NCBI RefSeq assembly: GCF_001244545.1
Contig: NZ_LN852694.1
Location: forward strand, 619,747-651,746
Direction of reading: 5' to 3'
Length of the DNA stretch: 32,000 nt
From: Candidatus Stoquefichus sp. SB1
GTDB taxonomy: Bacteria; Bacillota_I; Bacilli_A; Erysipelotrichales; Coprobacillaceae
Both the position numbers and the translations under genes were made by a program. Under the pieces are notes generated by a model, which saw nothing but the letters and a program-made list of their open reading frames with translations, searched no databases and was not told the origin of the DNA. Within the stretch, counting starts at the first letter, position 1. Each line of letters opens with the position of its first letter. Of this stretch, positions 9,207 through 19,494 are shown piece by piece.

Positions 9207-10127
9207 ATGTCTGAAAAAATAGTTGTTCTATTATCATCTTATAATGGTGAAAAATATATATCAAAACAAATTGAAAGTATTTTAAATCAATTAATTGATT
9301 GTGATTTAACTTTAATTATTCGAGATGATGGCTCAACTGATAGTACAAAAAAAATCATAAATGAGTATCTCATAAAAAATGATAATGTTATTTTTTATGA
9401 AGGGTCAAATGTTGGTTATATAAAAAGTTTTTTTTCACTAATTATGAATAGTGGTGATTTTGATTTTTATGCTTTGAGTGATCAAGACGATATTTGGCAA
9501 TCTAACAAGTTACAAAATGCGGTTAATCAAATACGTAAAAAAAGACAAAAAAATGATATTATTTTATTTGGATCAACTTCTAATTTAGTGTATGATGATA
9601 TGAAACCATTTGGTGTTACCCAAAAAAATTTAAGAGGACTTAATTTTTATAATTGTATTGTTCAAAATATTATTCCTGGACATACACAAGTAATGACAAA
9701 AAAAATGGTAGAGGAAGTAAGAAAAGATTTTGATTGTGATAAAATTTATGCTCATGACTATTGGATTACTATGATTGCTTCTTTGAAGGGGAAAATTATT
9801 TTTGATAATACTCCATATACGTTTTATAGGCAACATAAATCTAATAGCATAGGTTATGGTAAGGGATACTTAGGATGGATAAAAGAACGTATAAAAAGAC
9901 TTTTAAAAAATGATAATAAGAAAATTGCTCTTCAAATTAGTTATTTTTATTCGTTTTATAGAGATGAATTAACTTTTTCTCAAAGAAAATATTTAGAAAA
10001 TTTTTTGAATCAGAAAAACTTTTTTTTGAGATTAAAGAATGTTTTTACTACCAAATTTTATCGACAAAAAAAATTTGAAAATTTTTTATTTAAATTATTG
10101 TATTTGCTTGGTGGTTTTAAGAATTAG
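9207..10127 (+). CDS. Glycosyltransferase family 2
   Basis: IVVLLSSYNGEKYISKQIESILNQ, IRDDGSTD, ALSDQDDIW; start moved to ATG 9207 with upstream GGAGGAAG. Confidence 0.9.
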   Translation: MSEKIVVLLSSYNGEKYISKQIESILNQLIDCDLTLIIRDDGSTDSTKKIINEYLIKNDNVIFYEGSNVGYIKSFFSLIMNSGDFDFYALSDQDDIWQSNKLQNAVNQIRKKRQKNDIILFGSTSNLVYDDMKPFGVTQKNLRGLNFYNCIVQNIIPGHTQVMTKKMVEEVRKDFDCDKIYAHDYWITMIASLKGKIIFDNTPYTFYRQHKSNSIGYGKGYLGWIKERIKRLLKNDNKKIALQISYFYSFYRDELTFSQRKYLENFLNQKNFFLRLKNVFTTKFYRQKKFENFLFKLLYLLGGFKN

Positions 10128-10158
10128 TAAATATAGTTTATAATTAGGAGGAATTAAT

Positions 10159-10983
10159 TTGGAAAATATTTGCGCTTGTATTGTTACATTTAATCCAAAT
10201 TTAGCAAGACTTCAACAAAATATTGAAGTTTTAGATAAGGATGTTGACAAGATTTTTATTATAGATAATAATTCAAAAAATAGTGTTGACATTGTAAATA
10301 ATTGTAGATTTTACAAAAAAGTAGTAATAGATATTTTTAATGAAAATAAAGGTATTGCTTATGCATTAAATACTGTTTTAGAAACCGCACGAATAAATGG
10401 ATATCAGTGGTGTGTTACAATGGATCAGGATTCTATTTTGGACGTACAATTTTTAAAAAATTCTTTTCAGTATTTAGATATAAATAATGTGGGAATAATT
10501 TCTCCTTCATCTGAAAAAGGTGAAAAAGGAATCACCAAAATTAAACGCTGTATAACATCAGGAAGTATAACAAATATTAATGCATGGCAAAAAGTAGGCG
10601 GATTTGATTCTGAATTTTTTATTGATTACGTTGATTTTGATTTTTGTGCAAAATTAATTGATAATGGTTTTGATATTCTTTCTCTTTATGGATACCCTTT
10701 GGATCATCAGTTAGGAAATTTGAAAATAAAATATATCTTTGGAATCAAAATTAATACATATAATCATTCGCCCATGAGAACTTATTATTATCTAAGAAAT
10801 TCTATAATTTTTATGAAAAAGAAATATAAATGTGTTAAAATAAAAAATGAAATTTATTATATTGTAAAATGGATTCTTATAAAGATAATTTTTGAAGATA
10901 ATAGATTGGTCACCATAAAAACTATATACAAGGCTTTAATTGATGGTAAAAATTATAAAATAAATGGGGAGAGTGCAAAATGA
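10159..10983 (+). CDS. Glycosyltransferase family 2, rhamnosyltransferase-like
   Basis: ACIVTFNPNLARLQQNI, IIDNNSKN, MDQDSI, GGFDSEFFIDYVDFDFCAKL, typical of the rhamnosyltransferase subgroup. Confidence 0.85.
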   Translation: MENICACIVTFNPNLARLQQNIEVLDKDVDKIFIIDNNSKNSVDIVNNCRFYKKVVIDIFNENKGIAYALNTVLETARINGYQWCVTMDQDSILDVQFLKNSFQYLDINNVGIISPSSEKGEKGITKIKRCITSGSITNINAWQKVGGFDSEFFIDYVDFDFCAKLIDNGFDILSLYGYPLDHQLGNLKIKYIFGIKINTYNHSPMRTYYYLRNSIIFMKKKYKCVKIKNEIYYIVKWILIKIIFEDNRLVTIKTIYKALIDGKNYKINGESAK

Positions 10984-12035
10984 AAGGTGATTATAAATAT
11001 TTAATTTCAATAGTTATACCTGTATATAATGTAGAAAAATTTTTAACAACTTCATTGGATAGTGTTTTCCAACAAACTTTTAAAGATTATGAAGTTATAT
11101 TGGTTAATGATGGTTCGACAGATAGGTCATTATGTATTTGTCAGGAATATCATGATAGATATTGTAATGTGACCGTAGTAAATAAGGTGAATGGAGGATT
11201 ATCTTCTGCAAGAAATGAAGGTATGAAACATATCCAAGGAAAGTATACGCTTTTTTTAGATTCAGATGATTATCTTGAAGTTGATACATTGAATACATTA
11301 TGTAATTATATCCACGATGAACCAGATATATGCTTATTTGGTTACTATCGAGATATCTATAACGGAAGTCATAAATTGATAAGAACTACGGAATGCAAAC
11401 CATTAGTCGATGCTGTTATACAAGACCCTTCACAAATTTATGATCTTTATTTTAGATTAAAGTACAATTTTCTGTCCGATACAAGCTGGAACAAATTGTA
11501 TAAGACAAAGTTTTTAAAATCATCAAATATTTTATTTCCTGATAAAGAACTTTATGAGGACATAGAGTTTAATTTTCAGCTTTTGCCACATATTTCTAAA
11601 ATTAAGTTGATTTCTAAATCATTTTATCACTATATTTCAAGACAAAATATTAAGACTATCACAAATAGTTTTAATGAAAAAAAACTTTCTTTTTTGATAA
11701 AGCGTTGTTATACGATGGAAAATAGTATTGATAGAAAAAATGATATATTAAAAAACAAAGATTATTTGTATAATCAATGTAGTTATTGGTATGGGAAATA
11801 TTTATATTCATTTTTAATGGATATAAATAAAAATTGTAATTTAAATACATTGAAAGAAAATATTAAAAGCAATTTTTCAACTAAAGATTTTCAGCATTTT
11901 TTTAATAAAAAAATGTCGTTTATGAGTTTTAAGCAAAAGATATTAATATTTCCTTTGCATACACAAAATGTATTCTTGTGTGTATTGGCTATAAAGATAA
12001 TGAGTTTTGTTAAGTTCAATATAAGAAAGGGGTAA
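10980..12035 (+). CDS. Glycosyltransferase family 2
   Basis: ISIVIPVYNVEKFLTTSLDSVFQQTFKDYEVILVNDGSTDRS, NGGLSSARNEGM, YTLFLDSDDYLE. Confidence 0.9.
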   Translation: MKGDYKYLISIVIPVYNVEKFLTTSLDSVFQQTFKDYEVILVNDGSTDRSLCICQEYHDRYCNVTVVNKVNGGLSSARNEGMKHIQGKYTLFLDSDDYLEVDTLNTLCNYIHDEPDICLFGYYRDIYNGSHKLIRTTECKPLVDAVIQDPSQIYDLYFRLKYNFLSDTSWNKLYKTKFLKSSNILFPDKELYEDIEFNFQLLPHISKIKLISKSFYHYISRQNIKTITNSFNEKKLSFLIKRCYTMENSIDRKNDILKNKDYLYNQCSYWYGKYLYSFLMDINKNCNLNTLKENIKSNFSTKDFQHFFNKKMSFMSFKQKILIFPLHTQNVFLCVLAIKIMSFVKFNIRKG

Positions 12036-12038
12036 ATT

Positions 12039-13481
12039 GTGAAAGTAGATTTATTAAAATATGTTAGAAAGATTTTAAAGTATTCCATTATATTATTTGT
12101 GCTTCAAAATGTTTTTCAGTCTTCTGGAATTGGAATAAAAATAAAGTATCCACTTGTATTACTATGGATGCTAGTAGTTTCGATAGTGTTACTTATGATA
12201 AAGGTTCAAATGGAAAGTGGGGGAGGAATTAAACATTGCGTTTTATATATAAATCAATTTGTAAAAAAAATTGATTTAGTAGTATTGATTTTTTGTCTTG
12301 TTTACTTAATTGATTTAATAGTGTTACCTATTTTGCATCATATTCCACTAAGCAATTCAATTGACGATGCAGGAATGATGATGATGATATTTCTATATTT
12401 TCCATTTTCAATTTTAGTTAGAATGAAAGAAATAAATTTATTGGATTATAAAAATATATTCATTAATTCAGTAGTTGTTTTAGGAATGTGGTTTTCTATA
12501 ATGTGGATATTTGAAAATGTACAACCTGGTTTTTATACTGCGTTTCTAAATTTCTTATATGAACTTAAATGTTTTAATATACAACCCGTTTTAGAAGGAT
12601 ATGGAATGATAAGAATTGTTCAATCCAATATGCTCTTGTTAGGAGTAGGAATATTATTATTTACTATAGTTCCATTTAGTAAAGGAATGAAATGGGAAGC
12701 TTATAGAATATTTTCTTTATTTATTCTTATTTTTGGAATGTGTACAACCTATCTAAAATCTTTATGGTTAGGTGTTATTGCCTCTCTATGTTTAATTATT
12801 TTTATTTTATTAATACAATATATCTTTTTTCATAGAAAAAAGGGAATTGCTTTTGTGTGTAAAAATTTTATAATTTGTTTTGTTTCAGTTCTACTTATTA
12901 ATCAAATATTTGATGGTGGTATCTTTGGACGATTTGAAAATATGTTTTTTTTATCTGATAAAGATAATCAAACTGAAATTGAAAAAAATGTTATAGATTC
13001 AGATACAGAAATAAAAATAGATAACAATTCAAATAATAATTATAATAAGGAACAAGATGCAGAGGGAACAGTTGTTTCTAATGAGTTAAGGGTTGAGCAA
13101 ATTACTAAATTGACTAATAGATGGAAGGAAAAACCAATATTCGGCTTTGGATATGGTGGATTTGTAGAGGGATATACTAGAACCACAATACCAAATGATT
13201 ACCAATTTGAAGTAACATCTTTTGCATTATTAATGAAAACAGGAATTATTGGAATTATTGCTTGGGCTATGTTGATTTTTTTCTATTTATTCATGTGTAT
13301 AAAGAAGTATTCAAAAAATTTTGTGACTTTATCATTGTTATTAAGTATCTTTGTTTGCATATTTTTAAGTGTTCAAACAAATCCATATTTATTTTGTATA
13401 AATACAATGTCTATTTTGCTATACTTACTTTTATTTTGTTTTACATCATTTAATTATAAGGGGGAAAACATTAATGATTAG
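12039..13481 (+). CDS. O-antigen ligase/polymerase-like membrane protein (probable Wzy)
   Basis: 480 aa, multi-TM, with a large hydrophilic loop ending in RWKEKPIFGFGYGGFVEGYT (Wzy/WaaL-type motif); located between GTs and the flippase. Confidence 0.75.
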   Translation: MKVDLLKYVRKILKYSIILFVLQNVFQSSGIGIKIKYPLVLLWMLVVSIVLLMIKVQMESGGGIKHCVLYINQFVKKIDLVVLIFCLVYLIDLIVLPILHHIPLSNSIDDAGMMMMIFLYFPFSILVRMKEINLLDYKNIFINSVVVLGMWFSIMWIFENVQPGFYTAFLNFLYELKCFNIQPVLEGYGMIRIVQSNMLLLGVGILLFTIVPFSKGMKWEAYRIFSLFILIFGMCTTYLKSLWLGVIASLCLIIFILLIQYIFFHRKKGIAFVCKNFIICFVSVLLINQIFDGGIFGRFENMFFLSDKDNQTEIEKNVIDSDTEIKIDNNSNNNYNKEQDAEGTVVSNELRVEQITKLTNRWKEKPIFGFGYGGFVEGYTRTTIPNDYQFEVTSFALLMKTGIIGIIAWAMLIFFYLFMCIKKYSKNFVTLSLLLSIFVCIFLSVQTNPYLFCINTMSILLYLLLFCFTSFNYKGENIND

Positions 13482-14427
13482 TGTAGCAATGGCCACTTAT
13501 AATGGCGAAAGGTTTATTATTCAACAACTAAGTTCTATTTTGAATCAATCTGTAAGTGTTGATGAAGTTATTATTTGTGATGATTGCTCGACTGATTCAA
13601 CAGTATCATTGATAAGCGATTTTATAGAAAATAATACACTTTATAATTGGAGAGTTATTAAAAATCAAGAAAATCTTGGTTTTTCAAAAAATTTTTTTAA
13701 GGCAGTAAATTTATGTAAAGGAGACTATATATTTATAGCAGATCAAGATGATATTTGGCTAGAGGATAAGGTTAAAACAATAGTAAATTGTTTTGCCAAT
13801 GATGATACAATTAATTTGGTTTCACATAACTATTTTTTAATAGATTCGCAAAATAATTTTATTAATGAAAAAATCCCTAATTATTCAAACAAAGACACTA
13901 ATTCTTTCAAAAATATTTCTATAAATGATTTTATAGGGGCTTCTCCTATAAGAGGATGTAGTATCTGTTTTAAAAAGAAGATACTAACAGGAATGCCAAC
14001 ATTAGAATTAAGTAATCAGTTAGGGCATGATTGGTTAATATGTATTGAGGCATTGTTAGGTGGTAAAGCTATTATTATTGAAAGAAAATTAATGTCATAT
14101 CGTATTCATGAAGGAAATGTTTCTATTTCTAATAAAAAAAAGAAATTATCTTCAAGTGTTTATAAAAGAATTTATGGAATAGAGGAAGCAATTAAAGCTT
14201 ACCAATTCTTGTTGAATCAGGATATAGACATTAACTATATGAAGAGGATAAAAAAGCAAATTAAATTTGAAAAAAAACGACTTTTATTCATGAAAAATGA
14301 ATCATATTTATCTGTTATATATCTTCTGTTCCATATTACATATTATAATAAAATATACAAATATAGATATGGTGGGCTACGTGTTTTTATAGGTGACATA
14401 CTTTATTCATATAGATATAAAGTATAA
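13474..14427 (+). CDS. Glycosyltransferase family 2
   Basis: ISVAMATYNGERFIIQQLSSILNQ, ICDDCSTDST, IADQDDIW, GCSICFKKK, LGHDWL. Confidence 0.9.
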   Translation: MISVAMATYNGERFIIQQLSSILNQSVSVDEVIICDDCSTDSTVSLISDFIENNTLYNWRVIKNQENLGFSKNFFKAVNLCKGDYIFIADQDDIWLEDKVKTIVNCFANDDTINLVSHNYFLIDSQNNFINEKIPNYSNKDTNSFKNISINDFIGASPIRGCSICFKKKILTGMPTLELSNQLGHDWLICIEALLGGKAIIIERKLMSYRIHEGNVSISNKKKKLSSSVYKRIYGIEEAIKAYQFLLNQDIDINYMKRIKKQIKFEKKRLLFMKNESYLSVIYLLFHITYYNKIYKYRYGGLRVFIGDILYSYRYKV

Positions 14428-14459
14428 ATAATATTAAAATATTCTGTGGAGGTAGAAGA

Positions 14460-15416
14460 ATGAATTATGAATTTGATGTTTCAATATGTTGTGCAACATA
14501 TAACCAATGTAAATATATTCAGCAAACATTAGATGGATTTAGTATGCAAATGAAAGATACTTCTCTGAAAATTGAAGTAATAATACATGATGATTGCTCA
14601 TCAGATGGAACTCAGGACATTCTAAAAAAATTTCAAAGTGAGAATAAAAATGTGAAATTAATTTTACAAAATGAGAATCAATATTCTCAAGGTAAGAAGT
14701 TTATCCCTATCTTAATTTCACAGGCTAAAGGAAAATACATTGCATTATGTGAAGGTGATGATTTTTGGGATGATAATAATAAAATACAATTGCAGTATGA
14801 TTATATGGAAAAACATCCAAATTGTTCTTTATGTGTTCATGCAGTTAATTATGTAGATCAAAATGGTAAGTTTTTAAAAAAATACTTTTGCTCTGATTCG
14901 GATACAGAAATTAAGTTTACAGATATAGTAGAGAAAGGAGGTAATTATCTTCCAACTTTATCTTTGTTTTTTAGAAAATCCGATGCATTAAATTTGCCGA
15001 AAGCATATTATATGTGTCCTATATGTGATTATCCATTACAAATATTTTTGGCTGAAAAGGGATATTGTTATTATATGAATAAAGTGATGGGAAGTTATAG
15101 GATTAATAGCATTGGATCTATGACTGATTCTCTATATAAGGACACTACTTCATCAATTAATTTATTAAAAGATTTAATAAAAATGTTTGATAATTTTAAT
15201 CAATTATATAATTATGAGTATGATAAACTTTTTTCTAAAATGAAAGTTAAACAGCAGTATGATATATATGATTATTTGGGAGATATAAAATCTTTAATGA
15301 CAGAACCCTATCTTACAGTTTATAAAAACCTTCGATTTTTAGAACGTATAAAAACCCAAATTCGTTGCCGATATCCATCATTTTATAGGAGGATAAAAAA
15401 ATATGCAAGGCAGTAA
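14460..15416 (+). CDS. Glycosyltransferase family 2
   Basis: VSICCATYNQCKYIQQTLDGFSMQ, IIHDDCSSDGTQDIL, IALCEGDDFWDD. Confidence 0.9.
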   Translation: MNYEFDVSICCATYNQCKYIQQTLDGFSMQMKDTSLKIEVIIHDDCSSDGTQDILKKFQSENKNVKLILQNENQYSQGKKFIPILISQAKGKYIALCEGDDFWDDNNKIQLQYDYMEKHPNCSLCVHAVNYVDQNGKFLKKYFCSDSDTEIKFTDIVEKGGNYLPTLSLFFRKSDALNLPKAYYMCPICDYPLQIFLAEKGYCYYMNKVMGSYRINSIGSMTDSLYKDTTSSINLLKDLIKMFDNFNQLYNYEYDKLFSKMKVKQQYDIYDYLGDIKSLMTEPYLTVYKNLRFLERIKTQIRCRYPSFYRRIKKYARQ

Positions 15417-16845
15417 TAAAATTGTTAATTCGTTAATTTGGAAATTTTTAGAACGTTTTGGAACAGTTGGAATTCAATTTGTTATTCAAATTTTTTTAGC
15501 AAGATTACTTGGACCATCAGATTATGGAGTCATTGCGTTAATCACTGTTTTTATTACAATTTCAAATGTTTTTGTTCAAACTGGATTTAATACATCATTA
15601 ATACAACAGTCAGATGTTCAAATAGAAGACTATTCTTCAGTTTTTTGGATGAGTATTATCATTGCGTCTTTGTGCTATGCTGTTTTATTTGTGAGTTCGC
15701 CAGTGATTGCTTCTTTTTATTCAATGCCTATTTTAAAAGAGGTACTAAGAATTTTAGGATTAACCTTGTTCTTTGGAGCATATAACTCTATTCAAATAGC
15801 AAAAATAAGTCGTGAGTTTAAATTTAGAATGTTATTTTTTAGTAGTCTTATAGGTATGGTTATATCTGGATTTATTGGAATTATAATGGCTTATAATAAT
15901 TTTGGAGTTTGGTCCATTGTTTTTCAACAGTTGTCAAGCCAAATTGTAACCTCATTAGTTTTGTATTTTGAAGTAGATTGGCATTTGGAGTTCAAGTTTA
16001 ATATTTTAAGAATTAAGAAATTGTTTGGATTTGGTTCTAAGTTGTTGGTGTCTTCATTGATTGATGTATTATATAACAATTTGTATAATTTAATAATTGG
16101 AAAAGTATATAGCGCATCACAATTAGGTTATTATAATAGAGCTGATCAATTTCCAAATTTAATTGTAAGTAATGTGAATGGATCAATTCAAAGTGTAATA
16201 TTACCAGCGTTATCAGAAAAACAAGATAGTATAGATGAAGTGCGAGCTATGGTTAGAAAATCAATGTCATTAAGTTCTTATATTATCTTTCCTCTAATGA
16301 TTGGAATGGCGGCTTGTGCTGAACCATTAGTTCTATTAATTTTAACTGAAAAGTGGTTAGCATGTGTTCCTCTTTTAAGGTTACTTTGTTTTTCTTATAT
16401 GTTATGGCCTATACATACAGCTAATCTACAAGCAATTAATGCTTTGGGACGTAGTGATATATTTTTAAAACTTGAAATAATTAAAAAAATTATTGGCATT
16501 ATTACTCTTATTGTGAGTATTCCTTTTGGTGTTATAGTAATGGTTTTTATGAAAATTGTCACTGGAGTAATAAGTACATTTATAAATGCTTATCCTAATG
16601 TTAAATTATTACGATATAATATTTTAGATCAGTTTAAAGATATTTTTTCAGCATTCGTTATATCTGTAATTATGGGAATTATTGTTTTTTTGTTTGATAA
16701 TATAATTTCTGGTTTTGGTATATCCATCATAGCTAGATGTGCGTTAGATGCTTTTATAGGATTCGTTATCTATTTAATATTATCTGTTATAGTTAAGAAT
16801 AAAAGTTTTGATTATTTAATTAATATCATAAAAGTTAGGAAATAG
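15403..16845 (+). CDS. wzx: Polysaccharide flippase, MOP superfamily (Wzx/WzxC-like)
   Basis: FLERFGTVGIQFVIQIFLARLLGPSDYGVIAL, NLIIGKVYSASQLGYYNRADQFPNL, multi-TM 480 aa. Confidence 0.9.
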   Translation: MQGSNKIVNSLIWKFLERFGTVGIQFVIQIFLARLLGPSDYGVIALITVFITISNVFVQTGFNTSLIQQSDVQIEDYSSVFWMSIIIASLCYAVLFVSSPVIASFYSMPILKEVLRILGLTLFFGAYNSIQIAKISREFKFRMLFFSSLIGMVISGFIGIIMAYNNFGVWSIVFQQLSSQIVTSLVLYFEVDWHLEFKFNILRIKKLFGFGSKLLVSSLIDVLYNNLYNLIIGKVYSASQLGYYNRADQFPNLIVSNVNGSIQSVILPALSEKQDSIDEVRAMVRKSMSLSSYIIFPLMIGMAACAEPLVLLILTEKWLACVPLLRLLCFSYMLWPIHTANLQAINALGRSDIFLKLEIIKKIIGIITLIVSIPFGVIVMVFMKIVTGVISTFINAYPNVKLLRYNILDQFKDIFSAFVISVIMGIIVFLFDNIISGFGISIIARCALDAFIGFVIYLILSVIVKNKSFDYLINIIKVRK

Positions 16846-17449
16846 AGTGAAATTTGGATAAATATACCCATATTTTATTTTGATGTTTAAAGTATAATAC
16901 ATGCCTAATTGATGATGATTGACACATGTGGTAATTTATTATCTATAATTCATTTAATAATTACAAGTTGTTTTGTTATTAAAATTAGGATAATTTAGTA
17001 TTAATATGCATTAATAAATATTCTGCTCTAATATATAAATTATATATCTTGAAAAGTTTGTATAAAGAACTAAAAGTTTAAAGGTGTAGACTTTTATGAT
17101 AAGGATGAAAAAATTATTAAATTCTTTTTAATTATTTAATTAGAAGAGATAAATAAGAGAAAAGTTTATTATCAAATGTTCTGTAAGATGCTTTTATATA
17201 CCAAATTAAAATGATGTTATACCCACAAATAAAAGAATTGTAATGTTCTACAACAGTAAGCAATGAGAGTTTTAGATGAGTTGAAGCACAATAAGTTTAA
17301 AATTGTTATTAAGACTAACAGTTTAGAGTGTTTTATATATTAAATGCATAGTAATTCGTCTATAGATAGGAGATATTTATCTAAGTATTATGCTTTGGAT
17401 TTTGAAAAAATGAAATTAATAGAATATGAAGGAGGAAATTAATAAAATT

Positions 17450-18559
17450 ATGAAAGAAAAGATACTTGTGACACGATCATCTATGCCAGATTTTGATGAA
17501 TATATTGATGAAATAAGTGATCTGTGGGAAACCCATTGGCTAACAAATATGGGAGAGAAACATTGCATATTAGAAAATACTCTAAAAGAGTATTTAAATG
17601 TTGAAAATGTTTCACTATTTTCGAATGGTCATATGGCATTAGAATTAGCTATACAGGCTATGAATTTAACAGGAGAGGTTATTACGACGCCGTTTACATT
17701 TGCTTCAACGACACATGCAATTGTAAGAAATGGATTAACGCCAGTTTTTTGTGATATTAATGCGGAAGATTATACAATTGATGTTACAAAAATAGAGTCA
17801 TTAATTACAGATAAGACATCTGCCATTATTCCTGTGCATGTATATGGAAATGTTTGTAATGTAGAAGAGATTGATAGAATAGCAAAAAAATATGATTTGA
17901 AAGTTATATATGATGCTGCTCATGCTTTTGGTGTAAAATATAAAGGGAAAGGAATAGCAGAATATGGTGATGTTTCAATGTTCAGTTTTCATGCCACAAA
18001 AGTTTTCAACACTATAGAAGGTGGGGCATTATGTTTTAAAAATCCTGAATTTGGTAAAAGAGTTAATAGGTTGAAAAATTTTGGTATTAGAGATGAGGAA
18101 GTGGTTGATTCTATAGGTGCAAATGCAAAAATGAATGAATTTCAGGCTGCAATGGGGATCTGCAATTTAAGACATGTCCATGCTGAAATAGAAAAAAGAA
18201 AAAAAGTGATAAATAGATATAAAAAAAATTTAGGTGATGTTTTGGGGATTACAATTTTACAACCACAAGATCATGTTCAAGCAAATTATGCATATTTTCC
18301 TATTGTTATTGATGATAAGATATTTGGAAGCACACGAAATGAAGTATATAATTATTTAAAAACTCAAAATATTTTTTCTAGGAAATACTTTTATCCTTTA
18401 ACTAATTCCTTTGATTGTTTTCATGGTCAGTTTGATACTAATCAAACACCTATTGCTGTATATATTTCTAAAAGAGTTTTAACATTGCCATTATATGCAG
18501 ATCTATCATTTGATAATATTGATATAGTTTGTAATGCTATAAAGAAATGTCAAAAATAA
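17450..18559 (+). CDS. DegT/DnrJ/EryC1/StrS-family PLP-dependent nucleotide-sugar aminotransferase
   Basis: WLTNMGEKHCILENTLKEYL, LTGEVITTPFTFASTTHAIVRNGLTPVFCDI, YDAAHAFGV, MFSFHATKVFNTIEGGAL; GAAGGAGG lies immediately before ATG 17450, so the 17426 start is unlikely. Confidence 0.9.
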   Translation: MKEKILVTRSSMPDFDEYIDEISDLWETHWLTNMGEKHCILENTLKEYLNVENVSLFSNGHMALELAIQAMNLTGEVITTPFTFASTTHAIVRNGLTPVFCDINAEDYTIDVTKIESLITDKTSAIIPVHVYGNVCNVEEIDRIAKKYDLKVIYDAAHAFGVKYKGKGIAEYGDVSMFSFHATKVFNTIEGGALCFKNPEFGKRVNRLKNFGIRDEEVVDSIGANAKMNEFQAAMGICNLRHVHAEIEKRKKVINRYKKNLGDVLGITILQPQDHVQANYAYFPIVIDDKIFGSTRNEVYNYLKTQNIFSRKYFYPLTNSFDCFHGQFDTNQTPIAVYISKRVLTLPLYADLSFDNIDIVCNAIKKCQK

Positions 18560-18834
18560 ATATATTTAGACAATAAATATAGATTTTGAAAATTGATTAA
18601 TACGTAAATTTCAGAAATTATAAAAACTATTTTACGTAGATTCAAAAGATGATTTAAATAATTATAGGTAAAATTTAATGTTGTATTAAATTTCTATGTG
18701 GTGAATGAACTTTCGCTTTAAAGTAAAGTGTGGTGTTTTACCAAAAAATTAAGTCTCTGAATTTTTATGTGGTCCATGAAATTGGAATTTAAAAAGATTT
18801 GGAGTTTTAGACCTCCCTAGAAAATGTATAGTCA

Positions 18835-19090
18835 GAAAAGTATCGCTCATAATCAGATACTTTAATTTATTCTGGGATCAAATCTAAATAGGCTTTAAAT
18901 CACTGGGGGTTTAAGTATTAAATAAAGGTAGAATAAAGTGATGAAGATTCACTGATTTCTACCTTCTTATTTGGCTTATTTAATCTTGTTTAGTTATTGT
19001 TTTACTATTTTATTTTCTACGTTTTCTTCCTTGTCTTTTTATGATTTGTAGTTTGTCTAAAGAAGATGAAAGTGATTTTTTATACCTCGA
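18835..19090. repeat. Second copy of the repeat that flanks the IS3 element; contains a hairpin
   Basis: TCTAAATAGGCTTTAAATCACTGGGGG.TTAAGTAT.AAATAAAGGTAGAATAAAGTGATGAAGATT ... CTGATTTCTACCTT.TTATTTGGCTTATT.AATCT.GTTTAGTTATTG... shared with 2580-2670 + 4450-4610; hairpin arms GGTAGAA/TTCTACC and AAGTGA/TCACTg. Confidence 0.85.
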
Positions 19091-19276
19091 ATAACCTGAT
19101 GACTGAGTTTGACATTGCGATAATCCTTGATATGAAGTTTTGAAGACAGTAAGGACAGATAATATCCTTTCTTATAAGTGTAATATAATAAGTAACACAA
19201 TTATTTTCTTTTTTAAAGTACAAGATTGTACATCAGAGTGATTAAGATTTAAAATATTAATGATATCATTGTACAT
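19030..19276 (-). pseudogene. ISL3-family transposase N-terminal remnant
   Basis: ATG 19276 with AAAGGAG; MYNDIINILNLNHSDVQSCTLKK, then frames NCVTYYITLIRKDIICPYC and HIKDYRNVKLSHQVIRGIKNHFHLL, typical of ISL3 zinc-binding N-termini. Confidence 0.65.
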
Positions 19277-19494
19277 GATATTACTCCTTTCTTGATAGAT
19301 TGAAATAAGCAGTCAAATCATATCACGAAAGGAATTTTTATGTATAGAAAAGGATCATCACAAAGATGACCCCAAATAAGAATTAAAGGAAGAAACGAAA
19401 ATGTCAGCGAAAATTAAAAGATGCCGTTTACCCCAGAATAAATAAAATCGCCCATAATCATGGGGTTAAGAGCGATACTTTTCATGAGTAAGTT

